A stretch of 64,000 bases of DNA, taken from positions 45,570,001 to 45,634,000 of the forward strand of contig NC_043004.1 of the NCBI RefSeq assembly GCF_006345805.1, written 5' to 3'. Under the pieces are notes generated by a model. It had not been told where the DNA came from, did no database searches, and saw nothing but the letters and a program-made list of their open reading frames with translations. Source of the stretch: Octopus sinensis. Lineage: Eukaryota. The translations under genes were made by a program, and so were the position numbers. This document shows, one piece after another, positions 13,622 to 25,919 of the stretch. How positions within the stretch are numbered: the first letter of the stretch is position 1; each line of letters opens with the position of its first letter.

Positions 13622-13749
13622 ATTTATTATATAGAAGGAGCTTCTACAGGACTAGAACTGTTTCATTCAAGAGAAATCTTCAGGAAGCTGAAGATTTCTC
13701 TTGAATGAAACAGTTCTAGTCCTGTAGAAGCTCCTTCTATATAATAAAT
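13622..13749. repeat. Perfect 128-bp palindrome (62-bp arms, GAAG loop)
   Basis: ATTTATTATATAGAAGGAGC...ATCTTCAG-GAAG-CTGAAGAT...GCTCCTTCTATATAATAAAT. Confidence 0.95.
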
Positions 13750-13818
13750 TAATTTTACTCTGCAATGTATTGAGTACCTTATTTACTGTGGTTAACCCCG
13801 AATCAACCCGGGACCTAC

Positions 13819-13921
<103 letters not shown>

Positions 13922-14353
13922 CACGCATACATACATACATACAAACATACATACATGCATATATACATATATGTGCATATACATAGGTATATATGCATAC
14001 GTACATACATACATGTGTGTATGTATGTTTGTATAGGCAGACACATGCGGACAGAACCTGAATGTGCATTATTAAATTGGTCAGCTGAATACAACAGGAA
14101 GTAACAGCCATCAATTCAAACCTTGCACATAGAAATATAAGGCAAGTATAATTACTCTATTATTTCTGTTTAATTGTTCATATTTATTTGCGTCTGAGTG
14201 AGGTCGGTTTGTTCTAGTTATGTTTAAATATGCCTGTTTACTAGCCAGTAGACCCTGTAATACCATTAGAATTGCTGGAAACAACAGCTAAATCTTCCTC
14301 AAATGGTACGCCGCTGTTTTGAAGAAAGAAAGTTAATGTTAGTTCCTCCTGCA

Positions 14354-15214
14354 GGATCTTTTCGGTTTGAACGGCAGTTTTTAACATAATTTCTAGGTAA
14401 CTAAAAAATTTTAAACTTCGTATACTGGTAGAATGTGTTTATAAAACATCTTTTTCTCTTGGTTTTATTGAGAAAATTCTATAGTTTGTAAGATATTTGT
14501 TGTTTTTTTCTTCAATTTCTGCAATTCCAACAAATCACTGACGTCTATTGAGGTAAACAACATTCTGTGCCGTATGAATATGTCCCTCGTTTAAGAAACA
14601 GATTGGGTTTATTTACATTTGTGAAGAAAAAGATACCCTTCCCCTCGCCCCTAACCCTAAGTCTAACCCTAACCCTAAAATAGATTGAAATGCAATAGAT
14701 CTATAGGCGCAGGAGTGGCTGTGTGGTAAGTAGCTTGCTAACCAACCACATGGTTCCGAGTTCAGTCCCACTGCGTGGCATCTTGGGCAAGTGTCTTCTG
14801 CTATAGCCCCGGGCCGACCAATGCCTTGTGAGTGGATTTGGTAGACGGAAACTGAAAGAAGCCTGTCGTATATATGTATATATGTGTATGTGTATGTGTG
14901 TGTGCTTGTGTGTCTGTGTTTGTCCTCCTAGCACTGGTTGACAACCGATGCTGGTTTGTTTAGGTTCCCGTTACTTAGCGGTTCAGCAAAAGAGACCGAT
15001 AAAATAAGTACTGGGCTTACAAAAGAATAAGTCCCGGGCTCGAGTTGCTCGATTAAAGGCGGTGCTCCAGCATGGCCGCAGTCAAATGACTGAAACAAGT
15101 AAAAGAGTAAAAGAGTAAGAGTAAGAGAGTAGATCGATACTAGGGTCATAATCATGGGTGACAATTTCATATGACACCGCGAGAAAAAAACTGCCGTTCA
15201 AACCGAAAAGACCC
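14354..15214 (+). mobile_element. MITE copy 2, interrupted by a SINE A insertion
   Basis: Left TIR at 14354; body to about 14701; resumes at about 15129 and ends in the right TIR. Flanks CTCCTGCA / CCCCTGCC look like a degenerate 8-bp TSD. Confidence 0.9.
14706..15127 (+). mobile_element. SINE family A, full length, nested in MITE copy 2
   Basis: Complete head, core and tail; TAGATC is repeated on both sides. Confidence 0.9.
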
Positions 15215-15538
15215 CCCCCCCTGCCAGAAGGAGTTAGGATACAATACATTGCCGTCGTGTATATCTTTTCTCTTGCTTCACTCCTTCAACTGTCGCTGTG
15301 CAAGTGCACCATCTTGAATCGACGCCAGTACTTATTTTTAAACATTTATCGAACTGCAATATAACGAAGGCGCAAACAAACCAGCATCGGTTGTCAAACG
15401 TTGGATGGAAGATACACAAAGAGGCAGATATGCGCACGAATATTCGGTGAGCAGTTTCCGTCTCTTAAAAATCATTGACAATCTATTAGTTGGCCTCGTG
15501 ACGTATAATATCGAATTATTACCTATAGATTACCTATA

Positions 15539-15940
15539 GGCGCAGGAGTGACTGTGTGGTAAGTAGCTTGCTTACCAGCCACATGGTTCCGGGTTCATTC
15601 CCTCTGCGTGGCACCTTGGGCAAGTGTCTTCTACTATAGCCTCGGGCCGACCAAAGCCTTGTGAGTGGATTTGGCGGACGGAAACTGAAAGAAGCCCGTC
15701 GTATATATGTATATATATGTGTGTGTTTATGTGTTTGTGTTTGTCCCCCCAACATCGCTTAACAACCGATGGTAGTGTGTTTACGTCCCCGTAACTTAGC
15801 GGTTCGGCAAAAAAGACCGATAGAATAAGTACTAGGTTTACAAAGAATAAGTCCTGGGGGTCGATTTGCTCGACTAAAGGCGGTGCTCCAACATGGCCAC
15901 AGTCAAATGACTGAAGCGAGGAAAAGAGTAAAAGAGAGAG
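15539..15940 (+). mobile_element. SINE family A, full length
   Basis: Complete head, core and (GAGTAAAA)n tail. Confidence 0.9.
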
Positions 15941-16026
15941 TAAAGTGTAAGATGTTTCTCAGTGGTACTGACCCTGAACCCACGTGGTTGGGAAGCGAAC
16001 TCCTAAAGCAAAAAGCTGTAACACGC

Positions 16027-16657
16027 CAGTGGTCCTCAACCGGGGTCCATAGACCCTCTGAAGTCCCATATAAGATTTTTAAGGGTCCACGCGAGCAAGC
16101 AAAAGAATAAATTGGGTCCACAATAGTATTTCATAGGTCCATGGAAAATTTTTGTTTTAGATGCATTTATTGAAAAAAAAAATTACGTTTATATATTTGT
16201 TGTGCAAGATTTTTTTTATGTGAAATCGTGTGTTGAAACATATATTGTTGTATTTCGGAATGGTCATTTTGCCAGTTTAGCCAATAAAAACACTCGCACT
16301 AAATATTTGGTGTTACTTTGCTTCAGTGTTATTTATTTTTTACATTAAACTTAATCTTATTTCGGCCAGAGTTCTTTCGTCACACTCCTGTGACCGCATC
16401 AGTGGTCCTTTGCTTTCTTCTTTCTTATTTGTATGTTTCTCCTTACTAACCGTGAGCCATTTTGTATTTCTCGCATTCTGATGTCTTGCATAATTCAGCC
16501 TACACAAGGGTATGTAGGATGAGCAAAATATGAATTTTGAAAAAGTATCTATAAAACAAGGTTTTAAACATTGACTGGCTTTGAGGTGTCCTTCAGAATG
16601 AAATTGCAATGAAAGGTCTCCACAGATAAAAAACAAAAATTTGGTTGAGAAACATTG
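16027..16657. mobile_element. hAT-like MITE remnant with a nested Penelope-like fragment
   Basis: Ends CAGTGGTCCTCAACC / GGTTGAGAAACATTG are imperfect TIRs of hAT type; no TSD recovered. Confidence 0.5.
16363..16408 (-). ncRNA. Minimal type I hammerhead ribozyme motif (A9C variant)
   Basis: GGACCA-CUGAUGC-G-GUCACA(GGAG)UGUGAC-GAAA-G(AA)C-UC-UGGCC: 6-bp stem II, 2-bp stem III, stem I with one mismatch. Confidence 0.65.
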
Positions 16658-16724
16658 GACTCCAGAATTTAGGCCCTATATCCTGAATTATGTACATTTT
16701 TACATAGAAATTAAGTAATATTCT

Positions 16725-17143
16725 GGATCTTTTCGGTTTGAACGGCAGTTTTTTCTAGCGGTGTCATATGAAATTGTCACCCATAATTATGACCATAGTA
16801 TCGATCTATTGCATTTCAATCTGTTCTAGGGTTAGGGTTAGGGTTAGGGGTGGGGGGAAGGGTATCTTTTTTTTCTTCACAAATTTAAATAAACCCAATC
16901 TGTTTCTTAAACGAGGGACATCTTCATATGGCACAGAATGTTTTTTTTACCTCAATAGACGTCAGTGATTGGTTGAAATTGCAGAAATTGAAGAAAAAAA
17001 AAAACAACAAATATCTTACAAACTATAGAATTTTCTCAATAAAGCCAAGACAAAAAGATGTTTTATAAACACATTCTACCAGTATACGAAGTTTAAAATT
17101 TTTTAGTTACCTAGAAATTATGTTAAAAACTGCCGTTCAAACC
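16725..17143 (-). mobile_element. MITE copy 3 (inverted, terminal ~10 bp lost)
   Basis: Same body in reverse orientation, with TTAGGG repeats at about 16827-16850. Confidence 0.9.
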
Positions 17144-18050
17144 ACTACTCTGACTAAACAGTTTTGCCTTCGTAGTTAACTACCATGTTTAGTTATCTTT
17201 TGCTGCTACTCATTTCGATATGATCAGATATATTCTAACTTTTCTACATTGTTAATCATTAATAATCTAACTACTTATTTCTTCCAGAATACTACTAATT
17301 AGTTTCATTTTTGCTAATAACTTTTACTTCAACCATTTATAATGACTCCCCATCCTCCCAGTTTAGCTTACTTAAGTTTACCGCCTTTTAATCTAGTGAG
17401 TTAACTCTTCCAGCTATCTTAACGTTAATTAATTAACAGCAGCGACATATCTCTATAAGCATTGCCAGGTAGTCTCTTTGCTTATATTTTTCTTTTTATT
17501 TTAATTTTCAGGTTCTTAATTTCACAACTCTTATCTATTCGAGTTTCCACGACGACCACCACCACCACCATCACCACCATTTTCAAACCGCATTACACCC
17601 AGTCGAATAATCATCGTACGTTATCATAGTTCCCACCACCATCTACCCCACCCCTCCTGCCCACTAATCTTCTTTATTCTCTTATTTTTATCTCTGCTTT
17701 TCCCATTTTAAACTTCTCCGCCTTCTCTCAACACCCATCCCACCCCACCCTGACATCCTATTTCCTAGACTGCCAACATGTTGTACCTATAAAATATTTT
17801 CTTCGTAATCTCTTGTATTATTCATCAATGTAGATCCTTCATTTGATTGATTAAAAATTAATGTTTAGACTTCGGACTGCAAATACGTTATTTGATTACT
17901 TTCATATTTTAATGACCTTTAAAAACATACATTTTCCCTCTATTTTTCTGGCAAAATAAGACATATTTTGGAGTCTTATTACGATTTTTAAGGGAAAGCT
18001 ACCGTCTCATTCATCGTAATCCCTGTGCCTTCAGCCAGTGTTCAGATTTC

Positions 18051-18466
18051 GGATCTTTTCGGTTTGAACGGCAGTTTTTAACATAATTTCTAGGTAACTA
18101 AAAAATTTTAAACTTCGTATACCGGTAGAATGTGTTTATAAAACATCTTTTTCTCTTAGCTTTATTGAAAAAATTCTATAGTTTGTAAGATATTTGTTGT
18201 TTTTTTTTTCTTCAATTTCTGCAATTTCAACCAATCAAATCCGTCTATTGAGGTAAACAACATTCTGTGCCGTATGAAAATGTCCCTCGTTTAAGAAACA
18301 GATTGGGTTTATTTACATTTCTGAAGAAAAAAAATACCCTTCCCCCACCCTAACCCTAACCCTAAAACAGATTGAAATGTAATAGATCGATACTAGGGTC
18401 ATAACTATGGGTGACAATTTCATATGACACCGCTAGAAAAAACTGCCGCTCAAACCTAAAAGATCC
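18051..18466 (+). mobile_element. MITE copy 4 with 8-bp TSD CAGATTTC
   Basis: TSD at 18043-18050 and 18467-18474; both TIRs present; (CCCTAA)3. Confidence 0.95.
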
Positions 18467-19566
18467 CAGATTTCTTCTAAACCCTGGCTTCTTTAAGTAA
18501 TTATAGACCCTAGAAAGGATCCTTACTTTCGTCTCTCACCACTATGCGTCTTTCTTTGATTCTCTCCTTTTTGCTAATGACTTTTACTTTAACGATTTAT
18601 AATGACTCCCCATCCTCCCAGTTTAGCTTACTTAAGTTTACCACCTATAAATCTAATGAGTTAACTCTTCCAGTTATCTTAACCCCAAGCCAATATAAAA
18701 CAGCTTTATCTTCTGTATTTTTAGAACAGCCAGCATTTTCAGAAAAGGCCTCCTCACTTTTAGCTAAAAATTTCGTCAGTTGAACCAATTACTTCTTGGT
18801 TGAAATCGCGTACATAGTAAAACATACCGCCAAACATAACGAATTATTGTAGTTTTCTGTAATACATAATATTAATCTTGTATTGAGTACTATATTTGAG
18901 AGTGTTTGCTTATCCAAAATATAAACTCCCTCTCCCTCACCCACAAACACGCACACATACATATTTCATTACTAATGAATTGGAAGCAGTAATCAACACT
19001 AGAGAGGCTGCTAATGAATTCTTAAATGTAATTTAAATCAAGAATCTATTACCCAAGATTTCATGTTGACGAAAGCCGACAATTATCCAGCTACAATTAG
19101 AATCACTCTCACGCATATAACCATTTAAGGGTGTCCACTGAAACATCGAAAAAGTATTAAACTTCATATTCTGTTTATAATTTCTGCAATCACTCTTCCT
19201 CCATAGCGTTTTTCACAGAGCTAGGTATCAAATATCTTAATGATTTTCAAAATATCGAATCCAAAATGTTCTAATTATATCTAGTTACTCTATTTAAAGC
19301 AGACGGAAGAGAATAACGTCTCTCTTTCGCTCTCCCTCCCCCACTCTCACACGTTGGACCGATCACCTTTCTATGGAAGATCAGACGATCATAATCATGA
19401 AAATGATAATGACGAAGATAATGATGATCACTACCGTCATCATTATCATCATTGTCGTCGTTATTGCCATCGTCATCATAGCCGCTGTCATTACGTGTGT
19501 ACGAGTCTAAAGGTGTATGTATGCACACACGCGAGTATGCACATGTATATGTGTATATGTGTATAA

Positions 19567-19800
19567 GGCGGCTAGCCGGCAGAAACGTAAGTACGCTGGG
19601 CGAAATGCGTAGCCGTATTTCGTCTGCCGTTACGTTCTGAGTTCAAATTCCGTCGAGGTCGACTTTGCCCTTCATCCTTTCGGGGTCGATAAATTAAGTA
19701 CCAGTTACGCACTGGGGTCGATGTAATCGACTTAATCCGTTTGTCTATCCTTGTTTGTTCCCTCCCTCTGTGTTTAGCTCCTTGTGGGCAATAAAGAAAT
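19567..19800 (+). mobile_element. SINE family B with Tx1-like 3' tail
   Basis: Head GGCGG..GGCAGAAACG..., B-box GAGTTCAAATTCC, tail CCTTGTTTGTT..CTGTGTTTAGCTCCTTGTGGGCAATAAAGAAA. Confidence 0.9.
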
Positions 19801-19824
19801 ATATATATATGTGTATATGTGTGT

Positions 19825-20388
19825 AAGGCAAGCGTTCCATAGATTACTTTCATATGATATTTCGACATATAAAGGCGTCGAGCTGGCGGAATCGTTCGAA
19901 CGCCGGGCAAAATGCGTAGCGACATTTCGTCCGTCCTGACGTTCCGAGTTCAAATTCCTCCGAAGTTGACCTTGCCTTTCGTTCTTTCGGCGTCGATAAA
20001 GTAAGTACCAGCTGAGCCCTGGCATCGATGTAATCAATTTAACCCGTCCCCACCGAACTTGCTGACAAAAATTGGAAACCGGTATTAAGAAATATGTTCA
20101 AATAGTAGATAATGCAAGAGAAAACAGAATCAGATTGGCAGCTAAAGGAACGGAGACCCGAAATTCGGAGAACTGGAACTCGAGCTTTTCAGTTATAACG
20201 CATGAAACGATACTCTACATTTATTTTGAATTCTCTGAGTTATCCTTCTTCCATAAAACGACAGAAGCTTACGCAAGCACACAAATACTCATACGCACGC
20301 ACACACACACACACACACACTACACACGCACATACACACACTACACACGCGCACACACATAATTATAGATATCTATGGGGCTTTCTCG
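19825..20388 (+). repeat. Left arm of a ~560-bp inverted duplication (contains a SINE B)
   Basis: Reverse complement of 21811-22367, including non-SINE flank; roughly 90% identical by eye. Confidence 0.9.
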
Positions 20389-20547
20389 AAAGATAGATAG
20401 ACGAGTAGGTAGACAGATAGATAGATAGATAGATAGAGAAAAGGAAGAGAGGGAGAGAGAGAGAGAGAGAGGTGGGGGTTAAAAAGTCAGAAACAAATGT
20501 TGAAAGTTCAACAGAAATAAATACTGACAAACAGACAGACAGATAGA

Positions 20548-20962
20548 GGATCTTTTCGGTTTGAACGGCAGTTTTTTCGAGCAGTGTCATATGAAATTGT
20601 CACTCATAATTATGACCTTAGTATCGATCTATTGCATTTCAATCTGTTTTAGGGTTAGGGGTGGGGGGAAGGGTATCTTTTTTTTATTCACAAATGTAAA
20701 TAAACCCAATCTGTTTCTTAAACGAGGGACATATTCATACGGCACAGAATTTTTTTTTTACCTCAATAGGCGCCATTGATTGGTTGAAATTGCAGAAATT
20801 GAAGAAAAAACAACAACAAATATCTTACAAACTATAGAATTTTCTCAATAAAGCCAAGAGAAAAAGATGTTTTATAAACACATTCTACCAGTCTACGAAG
20901 TTTAAAAGTGTTTAGTTACGTGGAAATTATGTTAAAACCTGCCGTTTAAACCGAAAATATCC
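20548..20962 (-). mobile_element. MITE copy 5 with 8-bp TSD CAGATAGA
   Basis: TSD at 20540-20547 and 20963-20970; TIRs present; (TTAGGG)2. Confidence 0.95.
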
Positions 20963-21402
20963 CAGATAGATAGATGGATAGATAAATTGGTAGATGTATA
21001 TATTGATAGATAGAATGAATATTTTCTGAATCTTCATATTTCACGCGCGGTCGTCAAATTTTATTAGGTTTTCTTCGCTTCAGGCTAGCTGCACCGGTGA
21101 CTTGGTAATAACTGTTGTTATCAAAGACGCTGAACAAAATCTCCCCCTTGTTTTTCTTCTCAATCAGTTTGGCTTCTAACATTTATCTGCGGTTTAAAGC
21201 AGGTGTGAGTCAACAGCCTCGGGGGAACAAATTTTAAAATTCGAAATATTTTAACTACAATTAACTTCTCGTTATTTGCGTACAGTTTTTCTTGTCTGTA
21301 TGTTACGAAGACGTATTAAAATCTCTTTATATTCTATGTACAGAAGGAAACTAATTAATTACTTAAATACATGATGCAAACTGACATAATCCTAAGAAAT
21401 AT

Positions 21403-21789
21403 GGATGGAAGCACTCCGTCGGTTACGACGACGAGGGTTCCGGTTGATCCGATCAACGGAACAGCCTGCTCGTGAAATTAACGTGTAAGTGGCTGAGCAC
21501 TCCACAGAAACGTGTACCCTTAACGTAGTTCTCGGGGATATTCAGCGTGACACAGAGAGTGACAAGGCCGGCCCTTTGAAATACAGGTACAACAGAAACA
21601 GGAAGTAAGAGTAAGAGAAAGTTGTGGTGAAAGAGTACAGCAGGGATCATCACCATCCCCTGCCGGAGCCTCGTGGAGCTTTTGGTGTTTTCGCTCAATA
21701 AACACTCACAACGCCCGGTCTGGGAATCGAAACCGCGATCCTACGACCGCGAGTCCGCTGCCCTAACCACTGGGCCATTGCGCCACCAC
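21403..21789 (-). mobile_element. tRNA-derived SINE family C, full length with 12-bp TSD
   Basis: Head GGCGCAATGGCCCAGTGGTTAGGGCAGCGGACTCGCGGTC...GGTTTCGATTCCC; TSD CCTAAGAAATAT at 21391-21402 and 21790-21801. Confidence 0.92.
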
Positions 21790-21810
21790 CCTAAGAAATA
21801 TAAGCAACAG

Positions 21811-22367
21811 CGCGAAAGCCCCATAGATATTTACATCTATATCTATCTATAATTTTGTATGTGTGTGTGTGTGTGTGCGCGTGTATGAGCATTTGTGGGT
21901 GTGTATATGTGTGCTTGCGTAAGTTTCTGTCGTTTTACAGAAGAAGGATAACTCAGAGAATTCAAAATGAATGTAGAGTATCGTTTCATGCATTATAACT
22001 GAAAAGCTCAATTTCCAGTTCTCTGAATTTCGGGTCTCCGTTCCTTTAGCTGCCAATCTGATTCTGTTTTCTCTTGCATAATCAACTGTTTGAACATATT
22101 TCTAAATACTGGTTTCCAATTTTTATCAGCAAGTTCGGTGGGGAGGGGTTAAATTGATTACATCGACGCCAGGGCTCAGCTGGTACTTACTTTATCGACG
22201 CCGAAAGAACGAAAGGCAAGGTCAACTTCGGCGGAATTTGAACTCGGAACGTCAGGACGGACGAAATGTCGCTAAGTATTTTGCTCGGTGTTCGAACGAT
22301 TCCGCCAGCTCGACGCCTTCATATTTCGAAATATCATAGGAACGTGATCTATGGAACGCTTACCCTT
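21811..22367 (-). repeat. Right arm of the inverted duplication
   Basis: See 19825-20388. Confidence 0.9.
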
Positions 22368-22504
22368 TCGTCTTTTCATTTAAAGCATATTGTGCGAATA
22401 AAACTTGTAAAAACGGCTTTTTGAACCCATGCTTTTCATTTCATTTCTGACTCTTGTGAGAGTACTTTAAGCGTCTTTTTTGAAAGCTTATACATATAAG
22501 AATG

Positions 22505-22700
22505 GTGATGGTGAGTGGCCTAGTGATAAGGGTGCTACGATCGCAAGCTCGTGGTTTCGATTCCCGAACCTGGCAGTACAGTGTATTCTCGAGTAAAGCA
22601 CTTATTTTTCTCGTTCCTCTAGGTCATTCAGCTGTAAGTAAGTAACTGTGCGATTGTCTGGTGTCCCGTTCAAGGAAAATGCAGTGATCTCATTTATGTA
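22505..22700 (+). mobile_element. SINE relic (family E-like)
   Basis: TGGCCTAGTGATAAGG...GGTTTCGATTCCCG head and CAGCTGTAAGTAAGT body. Confidence 0.55.
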
Positions 22701-23768
22701 GGTGGTATGAAAACAAGATAACCCTTCAAAAAGTCCCTACTATTCAAGACTGCATAAATGGATGAACATAAAACGCATACATGTAATTTTGTTTCTTCAA
22801 TTTATAGTAAAACGTTTTTGATTCGATCTTCCGAAAGAACGGACCCGTGCTTAAATATCTTTACCGCTGGTCGTAGTAAGCACGCAATATATTAGACCTA
22901 ATGCTTCGAGCAATATTTATTGATGTTTAATTCAATATATATATATATATTTTCCAATTTAACTCTTTTGATGCCATTCTAATTGAGACAATCCTTGGTT
23001 CCATTATACAAATTCCTTGTTTAAAATTAAAAATTTTAATCAAAATTTCATATCCATTTCTGTCATAATCACTAAATTAATTTTATTTCTATATTCTGCT
23101 ATGAGCACAAGGCCTGAAATTTTTAGAGAAGTGGGCTAGACGATTACATCAGCCACAGTGATCAACTGGTATTATTTTATGATCCCGAAAGGATAACGAA
23201 ATTTGACCCCAGGACATAAAACCGGAATGAAATGCTGCTAAGCGGTGACGATTCTTCCAGCTTTCATTAAAGTGAATTATTTTACCAAATTCTTCGTTAT
23301 TTTGAAAATTAATTGAAACAAAGCAGTGTATTTCAACAGAAAAGGGAAACAACAGGATTATTCTTTTCTCTTTAATCAAAGGTGGGGTTGGCTGCGCCCA
23401 TGTTTCTTTACAGAGCTTTTGAGTTGGGTAGGATGAAAGGGAACAGATTCCTTCAAACTGAAGACATAACGCAAGTGTTTACGACGGAAGAGATTCCGCT
23501 CTAAGTATCCAAACATAGACACACCACCACCTTAATTCGGCCCGGTAATTACAATAGGGGCTCCTGTGGAATACACAACCATAAATGAGGAATTTCAATG
23601 AGTTTGGTTGTTCATTTGTTTGAACACCTGAACAGCATGTTGGTAAATTTCGACCGATTCAAATTTTTGATAGATTTGTTCAACTAAAACCCTTCTAGTA
23701 TGGCCGCAGTCAACTGACTGAAACAAGTAAAACAATAAAAGGAAAGAATATATATATATATATCGATG

Positions 23769-23805
<37 letters not shown>

Positions 23806-24037
23806 ATGTATGTATGTATGCATATATGTGTATATGTCTGTGTGTGCGGTCGCGCGCATTGTGTGAATATATAATGAATTAGTCAAGTGATAAGAAAGTG
23901 ATTAATGGCTCCTTCTTAGTAGCTTCCTTTCCATTTACAAATTCTTATTTGAAAACACACACACACACACACTAACGCAACATGTTTTACATATTAGAAT
24001 ATATATCGTGTGAAGCCTACATATATATATATAATTT

Positions 24038-24076
<39 letters not shown>

Positions 24077-25919
24077 GTATATGTTTGTGCGTAAATATAT
24101 GTATATGTATACACATACACACCTAGATCTTTATATATGTACGCGCGCTTGTGCGTATTTGTATGTATAATAACATTATATATAAAATGTTCACATTGGT
24201 TTCTAATAAATTTAGAAATGAGATCGTGTGACGTTTATACTTTTAAGTTAAGCGCATTAACGTCGCAAATATTTATACAATAATCATAATCTCGTAACAT
24301 TTTGGAAGATACACCAAACTCAACGATCTACAAGTACCACACCAAGACATTTATGCGTACAATGCACACAAATACACACACACATCATACATACGCACAT
24401 ACACACATAGACACAGTTAGGTATCTCGCCACCCCCTTAATACACTCATTACATTAACGTTTTCTGATTGATGTAATTAATTAAATTATACATCAACTGC
24501 GTTACGACGAAAGTTATTATTTTGTCTCGTCGGCGTAAATTAGAAAGTTTTCTCTCTAGGAAACACTTTTGATGTGTTGCATAGTTTATTAAATCTAGTC
24601 TACTTTATGCTTATTGCTAGCAGTTATTAGATCAACCTGAAAGGGGACGAGACATCGAGGGAATATCAATACAATAGAGAGCAGTTCGTAATGCAAGAAG
24701 TAGTAACCAATTTTTGCTCAAATCACATTACACGCACACATTCTCAATCAGAACACACACACACACAAACACACAGACACACATACACTCATTGATACAC
24801 TCTGGCATAGAGTCGGTGAAGTAATTACATCCCTGTATATCATGAGTTCGAATCATGCCTAGTACGACTGTCTTCTATGCTTTCTTAGTCGATTAAATAT
24901 ATAACCACGAACATATACGTGCATATCACTAGTATAGGCGAAAGCGTGGCTGTGTAGTAAGAAGTTTGCTTCTCGGGCACATAGTCTCCATTATTATGTG
25001 GTTCAGCAAAAATAATCCGAGAAAATATATCCCAGACGTTTGGCGGTGCCCCAACATGGCCACTGTCGAATGACTGAATTAAGTTAAAGGTAAAAAAATT
25101 GAAAGAAAAAATAACAACTTATAGGTGTGAAAAATCTGCTTCATTTTTCTTTCATTTTCTTTTTCGTTTTCTCTTTGCTTTTAAGATTCATTATAATGTG
25201 CTAAGAAAAGTTTCTGTGTGAATCACATTCAATTCATTTTGCACTGATACAGCCTTTCACAGGGCATTTTTTAGCGTCTATATCAAGCTTTAAAAATAAC
25301 CTACTAAAAGGAAAATAACAATAAAAAAATAAGGTCAATCCCATTTTATTGCATGTTAGTGAGACAATTACATATAAATAAGCACAAGTTAATGAACCAG
25401 CTGCAAATCAGAAGTTGAACTGATTCTAAGACGTAACATATTTAAATTTTGCAAACAATTAACTGGACTTCCTTTCTCAGAATAATTCTCTCGACCAAAG
25501 GATATATATTTACAAGATTTTGTAATTAAGTGTTGCATACTTGTCTTAGAAGTTTATAGTGAATCAGAGCCCGAAACAAAGGCAGAGAGATAAGTTCTCG
25601 CTGTGACTCTCACGCATAACGTCTAAAAGTACACCGATGCATACTTATAGAAACCTTCACACATGTTCATTTATGTACACACACACACACGTATACACTT
25701 TCATAATTATGTATATAGAAGATATATATCTCTGTCCGTCTCTCCTCATCCTTCTCTCCCTCTCTCCCTCTCTTTGTGTGTATATATATATGTCTACATA
25801 CACAAACATATACATACTTACATACATACACACACGCATATGTATGTATGTGTGTTCGTGTATATTTATGCGTATATAAGCTTGAGTTTTATGTATATAA
25901 CACACACACACATATATAG

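Noticed and set aside
21403-21789. tRNA gene candidates in SINE heads (also 36168, 8943, 58500-58574)
   Set aside because: A- and B-box-like heads continue into SINE bodies with TSDs; no complete cloverleaf with an acceptor stem.
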